64,000 nucleotides of DNA from Octopus vulgaris (Eukaryota), in contig OX597817.1 of assembly GCA_951406725.2 (NCBI GenBank), forward strand, positions 175,398,001-175,462,000, read 5' to 3'. Below are positions 54,818 to 64,000 of this stretch, in pieces. Made by a program: the position numbers and the translations under genes. The notes beneath the pieces were generated by a model. The model did not search any database. It saw only the letters and a list, made by a program, of their open reading frames with translations, and had not been told where the DNA came from. Positions within the stretch are counted from its first letter, which is position 1. Each line of letters opens with the position of its first letter.

Positions 54818-56090
54818 AAGCAACAAGACGGGTAAGGGTGATTAGGTGATGGTCTAGGGCTTAGGGGCAGGAGACCCCAGACCTTGGAAAAAAAACTTTG
54901 GTTGTCTTGTTGTAGTCGAGGGCTCTTCGTTGATGCCTGACACCACTGGGAGGTGGCCCTCGAAGTCGCTGGAAATGGAGATCTCCAGATCCAAATTCTT
55001 GAACGGCAGACATTCCTTCACGCTCAAACGGCGGGAAAGGATTGCATAAATGTGTGTGCCAAACGACCAAAAAAAACAACAAAAGATATTTCTTTTTCTT
55101 AATCCATATATGCCCATAAAAAATTCACTGTATTTAGATTAAACTTTACGGTAAGCTTTCATAATGTGGAAGAGAAGGACAGTATGCAACTGTTAGCTAC
55201 GGGTGTCGACTACCTACCAAGCATTTCGTATGTTCAGTCAGATCCTTTCCGGTGAGTTCATCTCCAAACAAGTAGGAGCAGGTTTTGCGTTGCGAAAACG
55301 CAACCAGGGGTTTTAAAGGTAATTTTAAAACCTATTTTCTCTTTAAATAAATACAAAAGTATAATAATTGTTAACCTCAAGCAAAAAAAAAATACTATAC
55401 CAAAATAGAAAAGTGCCACAAAATTTTTACTTTCCTTTGATGATGGCGGTATCCATTTAAAATCTTTGAAACATCAAATGATGATGTCCGCTGTTGACTA
55501 CATTGAAATTATTGAAAATGTTTTTAACAAAATGATTTTGATATGTCCAACTTTATCGCCCACATATTCTATAAGATAGAAAGCAAAGATTTCAGAGTAG
55601 TTTAAAAGAAAACAGGCATAGCTGTGTGGTAAGATGCTTGCTTTCCAACCACATGATCCAGGATTCAGTCCCACAGCGTGGCACTTTGGGCAACTAGATT
55701 GTGAAAGCTTACCACAATGTTTAATCTAAATACAGCGAATTTTTTTATGGGTATATATGGATTAAGAAAAAATATCTTTTGGTCATTTAGCACACACATT
55801 CATGCAATCCTTTTCCGCCGTTTGAGGGTGTAGCAAGGGCTAGTAAATATGAAATCGTTAAAGTTCAGGTCAAAGTGTAAGATATAAATGACGAAATGTC
55901 TCTGTGTATAGGTATGGTCTTCTGTAGGATGCATTGTAGTGATAATTCGTTGCTAGAAGAGACAGTTTCTCAAGGTGCCAGTTGAATCATTTTGCCATGC
56001 ATAGGCGAGTCTATGAAGAAGTTAAAAATATGTTCCTCAGTTGAGTAATGTCCCCAAATCTGTTATGGATTCGACCATTGATTTCATATA
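54020..56090. pseudogene. Decayed L1/Tx1-like LINE ORF2 C-terminal relic present as two head-to-head copies
   Basis: Minus-strand translation NFLWAYMD..GRLAH...GLINMK resembles the post-RT FLW..R..GGLGL.N region. 55697-55951 mirrors 54648-54775 plus 55016-55165. A further piece lies at 62730-62850. Confidence 0.45.
54779..55007 (-). mobile_element. Short retroposed insertion with an (AAC)n tail and a 12-bp TSD
   Basis: agaccttccttc (54767-54778) and agacattccttc (55008-55019) flank it; (gtt)n starts at 54779. Confidence 0.7.
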
Positions 56091-56474
56091 AATGCTAGAT
56101 TTATATGGAAAGGAGCAGAAAAAATTGTACATCTGCAGAAGATTGATCGGAGTTCGTAGCTGATAGAAAAAATGTTAGCTCGCCGGGCCAAATGCTTAGC
56201 GGTATTTCGTCTGCCGTTACGTTCTGAGTTCAAATTCCGCCGAGGTCGACTTTGCCTTTCATCCTTTCGGGGTCGATTAAGTAAGTACCAGTTACGCACT
56301 GGGGTCGACTCAACCTGAAAGCTTACAGCTGCAAATGTGGTTCACTGTGCAGAAGCGAAATCTTAAATAGAAAACCGAAAGAACTCTCCCTACATATACG
56401 TGTCTCTTTCTTTTCTTCCATATCCCTCTCATTACTCGCCTTCCACCACTATCGCTGGCACCACCACCACCACC

Positions 56475-56544
<70 letters not shown>

Positions 56545-56696
56545 ATACTGCTGCTGCTGCTGCTGCCGCCGAAACCAGTCCTAGTGAGAGGCACCTTGGG
56601 CAAGTGTCTTTTGATATAGCCCCAGATCGATCAATGCTTTGTTACTGAATTTAGTAGACGGAAAGAGTGTAGAAGACCGTCGTGTATGTATGTATG

Positions 56697-56756
<60 letters not shown>

Positions 56757-56799
56757 GAATGGCCGCGGTCTTCGGGCTAGAACATTTTTAAGGATTTAA

Positions 56800-56833
<34 letters not shown>

Positions 56834-56838
<5 letters not shown>

Positions 56839-57042
56839 GAAATGAAGAAAATGCTGACAAATAATTGAAGTAATTTAAGTAATTTAATTAGGTGAAAGTT
56901 CTTTTTACCGGTTGCGCATTTGTTATGCTTATCAAAACAAATGCTTATCATAACAAATGCGCAACCGGTAAAAATAACTTTCACCTAATTAAATTACTTA
57001 AATTACTTCAATTATTTGTCAGCATTTTCTTCATTTCCTTTT
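56834..57042. repeat. Inverted repeat, 94-bp arms, 21-bp spacer, TA-flanked, with a decayed HHR-like motif
   Basis: Arms 56834-56927 and 56949-57042. Minus strand 56902-56938 reads TTGATAA-gcat[aacaa]atgc-GCAA-ccgg-TA-aaaa. Confidence 0.93.
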
Positions 57043-57082
57043 TTATATATCACCACTCGTGTTCGACATCTCCTTTTTTTAA

Positions 57083-57131
<49 letters not shown>

Positions 57132-57611
57132 CATGTATATATACATACATATAAAAATAACCCAACAATTGCTGCTTCGGCCAGGGTCAAGATACAGGAC
57201 TCTTGACCTGTCCAACAAAGCGTGATGCCTAAACCAATCAGCTCAACCAACCAATCAGCTTAAGTAATTGAGTGATACTACACACTGATTGGTCAGAATA
57301 CAGTTTGCAAAACCTAGCACTCTGGAGTCTACCCAGCTGTATTTATAGCACAGAATCACTCATCTTGCTACAGTCAAAAATTGTGAAGCATGACTGTCAA
57401 CACTACTACATGAACCCGAAGATTGCAGAATTCAATGCATGAAAGTACTAGTTCAATCAGAATGAATATTTAACATTCTACTATTTCATTTTATTTTATT
57501 CAATTATAATATATTATCTTATAATATATCATTATAAGATTGTAAATAAAACGTGAAAATCAGACAAGGTTGGAATTCTTTTTATTTATATATATATATA
57601 TATACACAAAC

Positions 57612-57649
<38 letters not shown>

Positions 57650-58677
57650 TATATACATATGTATATATATATATATACATATATATATATACATACACAC
57701 ACACACACACATATATATATATATGTATATATACATATACACAAACATATGCATTTATATATATATATACACGCACAAACAAGCACATAAACACAGAACA
57801 CACACAAACACACACACACACACATATATATATAAGCATGTATGTATACATGTATGTGCCTATGTGTTTGGTTTGTATTTGTGTTTGTCCCCAATAGCTT
57901 AGCGGCTCGGCCAAGAGAGCGATAGAATAAATACCTGATTTAGACAAAAAACCAAAAAAAACATAGAATTGGGTTTGATTTGTTCGACCACAATCTTCAA
58001 AGCGCTATCCCAGCATGGTTGCAGTCCAATTTCTGAAATCAGTAAAAGATATAAGATTTACAGCGTTTAAAATGTTTAATTTTCTTCCTTGTTTCAATTT
58101 GACTAAATTATTGTCAATTTCTCGTTCGCCAAAATGTCTTACTTTGATACTTTGATAGGTTTCGGCCATTATTGGCCCAGGCCATGTTTAACTTAATAGC
58201 ACCACCTGGCATGCATTTTTGTATATCCTTTCCTATAAGTTACATAATTGCAATATCGAAAATTAAAATCAATTAATCAAACAAGCAAAAAATAACTGAG
58301 ATATATTTAATGACTTATTAATTTTTTGTGCTCATTTATTAAAATAAAATTCTCGCTGGTCACTTAAGGGTGAAGCTTGCGTATCATTTGTATTAATTTT
58401 TTACTTCTTATTTGCATAAGAAATTAAAAAAATAAAAAATGAAGCATTTCACATACACACGCACATAGACACACAGACACACAGACACACACATACACAC
58501 ATACACACGTACGTATGCACACACATACACACAGCCACACATGCACACATACACACATACATGAGCAATTATACATAGAAACACGCGCGCAAACACACAC
58601 ATATCTGTGTCTCTGTGTGTATGTATATATTTGCACACGAATATATACAAACATACCCACATATATCTGTATAAATA

Positions 58678-59130
58678 CGCCATGATAGATCGCTATCCAC
58701 TAAACCCATTTCTATTTTCTCTCCCTGTTTATTTCTGTGTTCCTTTCTGTGGAAGAGCGTAGGCTCAAAACGCAAAAGACTTTCTCACTCCCCGAGCCTT
58801 AAACTAATACACCTGTTTGTTGTTTACACACCCGTCTTCGTCTTTTGTAAATTCTCACTATCTTTATATATATATATATATATATGTACGGAGAATTCAC
58901 ACAAAAAAAAAGGCAGGTGGTGTAGACAACAAATAGATGTATTAGTATAACGCTCTGGAAGTGAAAAAGTCTTTAACGTTTCGAGCCTACGCTCTTCCAC
59001 AGAAAGGAACACAGGAAGAAACAAGGAGAGAAAATAAAGAATGTGTAGTGGCTTGTGATCTATCATGGCGAAGGCCGGACAGAAGGGTCACACAGGAGAG
59101 CTAGGGAGAAGGGGAGATAACAAAGTGGTG
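58678..59130. mobile_element. Two diverged copies of an HHR-like element, tail-to-tail across a (TA)n tract
   Basis: Plus copy at 58678-58860 (motif 58743-58778, GAAA>AAAA). Minus copy at about 58890-59130 (motif 58971-59006: cttt-CTGTGGA-a-gagc[gtag]gctc-GAAA-cg-TT-aaag). Confidence 0.75.
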
Positions 59131-59177
<47 letters not shown>

Positions 59178-59456
59178 TTAATAAGGGTGAGAGAATTAGA
59201 TACTAATTTAATAGCATATCTATTCAACACCAAGTGGCCCAGTGCCTCGAGAAACCTGGATTATTATAATATTTTATAATATATTATAATATTTTATACA
59301 AAAATAAATATAAGAGAGTGGTCACTATGTGGCTCATTCTAGCACTAGAAAATCCAAAAGGTTTCAACCACAAAAATACGTTGTTTCCTATGAAAGTCAG
59401 TACGATTGTTAGCTCACACGAACAGGGCAAATAAAAAATAACAAAAATACAGATTA

Positions 59457-59537
59457 TTTTGGGACAATTGTTTCGCTATTAATGAATTAAATGTAATTTT
59501 ACTTACAAAAAACCCACTTGTAGCTCCTCAGCCAAAA
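59457..59537 (-). ncRNA. Canonical type I hammerhead ribozyme motif (left arm)
   Basis: Exact mirror of 59724-59804. Confidence 0.85.
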
Positions 59538-59723
59538 CTATCTGGATGAAATCCACTCAATCACACGCCAGATTTTACCATAACGATAAATACACGTGTG
59601 GTTCAATTGATTTGTTGGTAAGGGCATTTGAATTATAACGTCGGATGTAATCAATTGAACCACACGTGTATTTATCGTTATGGTAAAATCTGGCGTGTGA
59701 TTGAGTGGATTTCATCCAGATAG

Positions 59724-59804
59724 TTTTGGCTGAGGAGCTACAAGTGGGTTTTTTGTAAGTAAAATTACATTTAATTCATTAATAGCGAAACAATTGTCCC
59801 AAAA
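59724..59804 (+). ncRNA. Canonical type I hammerhead ribozyme motif (right arm)
   Basis: ttttgg-CTGAGGA-gcta[42 nt]tagc-GAAA-caattg-TC-ccaaaa. 6-bp stem I, complete CUGANGA/GAAA core, G10.1-C11.1 pair, palindromic stem III ACAATTGT, GUC site at 59796-59798. Confidence 0.87.
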
Positions 59805-60071
59805 TAATCTGTATTTTTGTTATTTTTTATTTGCCCTGTTCGTGTGAGCTAACAATCGTACTGACTTTCATAGGAAACATGTATTTTTGTGGTTGAAACC
59901 TTTTGGATTTTCTAGTGCTAGAATGAGCCACATAGTGACCATTCTCTTATATTTATTATTTATTTTTATTTTTATATATATATATATATATAATGCCAGT
60001 GCCGAAGCATGGGCACAGCTCATGAGCTGAAACTAGATAAAAAAAGATATATATGATAGAGCGAGTGAGAA

Positions 60072-60147
<76 letters not shown>

Positions 60148-60588
60148 CAAGTGAAAGAGAGAAGATTATAGTTTATAGGATGCGTTTTGAAATAAGTTAA
60201 AACTGTTTCAGAAAGTGAAGCAAATGCAAGGTAGAGATAACAGCCTGAAAACTGGAGCAAACAACCTAATTAGTAGTTTGGACGTTTACCTTATATTTTG
60301 ATAACTCTAGTTTTTTTAACCCCGGAATATTGGAATATAAGAGAAAAAGAGAGAGGTACACACAGACACACATATATATATATACAAGCATTCATAGATG
60401 TGTCTGTATATGTACACATACATATGTACATCCGTATTAAAACGTGTATGCATACATTTATGTATTTCTGTCTATGTGCACCACTCTCTCTCTCTCTCTC
60501 ACTCTTTCTCTCCCAGTACGAATACTTATATATATATGCATATCTATGTATTCACACACACACATATCTATTTTTCTTTCTATCTGCG

Positions 60589-60673
<85 letters not shown>

Positions 60674-60794
60674 CTATTTATCTATCTATATATCTATCTA
60701 TGTTTCTATGTCTGTTTGTCTATCCAGATCTCTCTCTCTCTCTCTCTCTCTCTTTATATATATATATTTACATATATACATATATAAATATATG

Positions 60795-60859
<65 letters not shown>

Positions 60860-61569
60860 GTATGTATGTATGTATATATATATATAGAAATCTGGATAGA
60901 CAGATATATTTATATACATACATGCATACATTCACACAGAAAACACACTCACATATACACACGTTTATGAATGTGAACGTAAACTCAATAACGATTTACA
61001 GAATTAGCCATCGTTTTAGATCATTTATGTTTCCACGCACCAAAGGCAATAAATATTCGTTTCGCGTACCAACGACAAGCAATGCAACAACCTTTCAGGT
61101 CACACAACAACCGATACACACACTACGTATTGTATCATACACAAGAACATGCAGTGTTGCAGTAGATTTCATTATCCATCGAATCAAAGAGATCGATCGT
61201 TAATGCTGTAGTGGACAAAATTTCTTTTTGACACCTACTAACAAAACTAATAGTTAGTGACAACCGAAGCTGTCAGAAAATCGTTTAGGCTGTCTGCATT
61301 ATCGGTTCTTGCAATATGTTTATTAGTGATAATAGTCTTGTTTCGTATTATTAAACCCTTTCATTGAATTAAGCTGCTCGGATCAATAATTGTTCTAGCG
61401 TGCCACAAGAATCCTTGCTCTCCTATCGCTATCCTTTAATTTGACTGGCGAAAGAGATGTATCGAAATCTGTTTCATGTTAAAAACCTAATATCTAATGA
61501 TATTATATATATATAAAGTGCATTTTTTAATACATTTAATGCGTAAACTTGTAGCTGTTGTTGTTGTAG

Positions 61570-61780
61570 GTGATTGTGATGGTAGTGATGAATACAATGA
61601 TGATGATGATGATGGCGATGGTGATGGTGGTGGGGAGGTCGATGGTAATGATGGTGATAATGTTGGTAGCTGCTCTTGACGACGACTACGATGATGATGA
61701 TACTAATATTAATGATGATTCTGATGATGATGGTGATGATGATGATATCGATGATGATGATGATGATGATATCGATGATG

Positions 61781-61812
<32 letters not shown>

Positions 61813-61875
61813 GATGATATCGATGATGATGATGATGTTGACAATAATGATGACGGCGACGATGACGACAACGAC
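61570..61875. repeat. (GAT)n-rich trinucleotide repeat
   Basis: Direct reading. Confidence 0.93.
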
Positions 61876-63056
61876 TTTTTAATGTCTTTTTTTTCTTCTA
61901 TATTCTGAAATATTTTGGAAGTGTTGATAGTTCAAGTGATGGAGTATTTCATAAGAGACTTAAAAAACAACAACAACGCCCCCACCCCAAAGCAAAGCAA
62001 AGATTAGCTTATTAATGCTCGTATAATTCTGAAAAAAAAAAAACAACAGAAAACAAAAAGGGAAAATCCGAAATAGGATGAGAAATTTGTAAATGAATAG
62101 CAATGTTTGAAAGAAACCATTTTATCACATTCATGGTCAAAAGGAATCAGTTGGTAATTATTTTTCAATGGAATCACCATTAAATTGAAACTCTGAAGAA
62201 AACCTTTTTTCACATTTGTTAGCCAAAATGTTTGCTTTATTCCACGTTGGAGCGAAGAAAAAACGAGAAACTAAACGAGCAAAGTATTTGTTTCTTTAAA
62301 ACAGCATTATTAATATGTTGGGAAAATACGATTTGTCACGTCCACGCTTTTTTCAAGTACATTGGAAATATAATTGAGACGGAATGGATTTAGCCAGAGC
62401 TATATAACAGAATGAAAATTGTCTTTTTTATGCATACATATACACACACATGCAGACACATACGCGCACAGACGCACGGTGGCATTCACGTACATACGTA
62501 CGCAAGGACTCACGAACGCACGGATGCATGGAGTTGCGGACGCACACACTGAAGGACGGACGCACAGACACAAGCGCGGAAAGCCGGACGGTTCTATGGA
62601 CGTGCACATACGCGTGCAGATGCACGGAGGCGTGCATATCCACTCGCACGCACGTACGTACGCACGCATGGACGCCGGCATGCACACATGCCCATTCCAC
62701 GTATTCTCGAAGATAAAAAGAAAACAATTGTTGAATCGTTTATTAAATCCACGGTGATAAATTGATCTTATTCCGTTATCCATATCAGTGATATCCTCCT
62801 TATTAGTTGTCCTCCTATTTGTGATGCCACTGGTTTGCTTCGCTTGAAAGCACATTCAATTCGAATACGGCACCTCCTTAGCTACACAGTTCATGTATTA
62901 CTGTTATCTATTATTTGATTGTTTACTGGTGAAAAAAAAACCCGTTTCGATCTTATTGATGTCATCAGGAGCGGCCGTCGTTTTCGATGAAACCAACATG
63001 AGCGAAATGGGACTCCAATCCACAGAACCAAACATTTAACAACAACAACAACGACA

Positions 63057-63410
<354 letters not shown>

Positions 63411-63428
63411 AATAATAATAACAACAAC

Positions 63429-63465
<37 letters not shown>

Positions 63466-64000
63466 TGCCCTGATGCAGTACCAGGCAGTGGCTCTCATGG
63501 CTTCTGATCTTAATTGATTGGAAGTGTTATCATGTACATTGTTTTGTCTTGGTATAAAAGATGGGCTACAGCAAATATTCTGCTCAATACCACAGATTTG
63601 CTTGTCAATTGTCTGACCTTAACCAGTTGAGCATGTCCCTTAGTGGCTGACGATATGTGCATCTCTGATCACGAGCAGAAGTAGTGGGGGAGCATCATAG
63701 CCATGTGTTGAGAGGGATTCTTTGGGGTTTGAATAATTCACCTCTGGAAACACGGGTGGTTCTTTCAACATCCTTAAACAACCCTTATTCAGGGACCTTT
63801 TGAGCGGGATGGGCTACTCAACCTGAAGAAAATTCTAACTGGGCCCCACCTGCAAGGTCATGTGCTGTTTATCTTGATATGAGATCACCATGTCGCGCAC
63901 ATATGGTTGTGATGCATGTGCCTGGTGTACCTTTATCAGACGGGTAGTCATGATGGGTATATTGGGCTTCGTATATTTTACCCCAGTGTCACTTTGATGG
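63466..64000 (-). mobile_element. Second copy of the roughly 540-bp interspersed repeat
   Basis: Reverse complement of 36135-36668; truncated by the window end. Confidence 0.85.

Larger units (their letters stand above)
59303..59957. repeat. Large near-perfect inverted repeat (arms 59303-59612 and 59649-59957) in a TA-flanked element
   Basis: Arms of about 310 bp with very few differences; 36-bp spacer. Confidence 0.97.

Noticed and set aside
58148-58190. ggcc..ggccGAAAcc on the minus strand
   Set aside because: No CUGANGA-like box upstream.
61570-61908. Poly-Asp/poly-Met ORFs
   Set aside because: (GAT)n repeat with no flanking coding context or splice support.

Overview
AT-rich, microsatellite-saturated animal DNA. 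I found no host protein-coding exon that I can support. The dominant tRNA-derived SINE families resemble those I recall from octopus genomes, so the taxon is inferred, not proven. Recognisable transposon content includes: a near-complete DD41D Tc1/mariner (5873-7213); several mariner relics and MITEs; a 5'-truncated CR1-type LINE; a decayed Helitron Rep/Pif1 element plus a probable non-autonomous Helitron; a hAT MITE with an 8-bp TSD; an L1/Tx1-like relic; a GIY-YIG (Penelope-type) fragment; and dozens of SINEs. The main hidden signal is about 17 type I hammerhead-ribozyme (HHR)-like motifs at about 12 loci, ranging from canonical to decayed. They lie in short non-coding elements whose 3' ends mostly abut (TA)n tracts. 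At five loci they occur in long inverted repeats with the same divergent geometry. One element couples a tRNA-derived Pol III head to an HHR and carries an inverted copy of its own 3' end, making it a candidate Penelope-mobilised ribozyme SINE. All folds were read by eye and none is experimentally verified. SINE boundaries are approximate.
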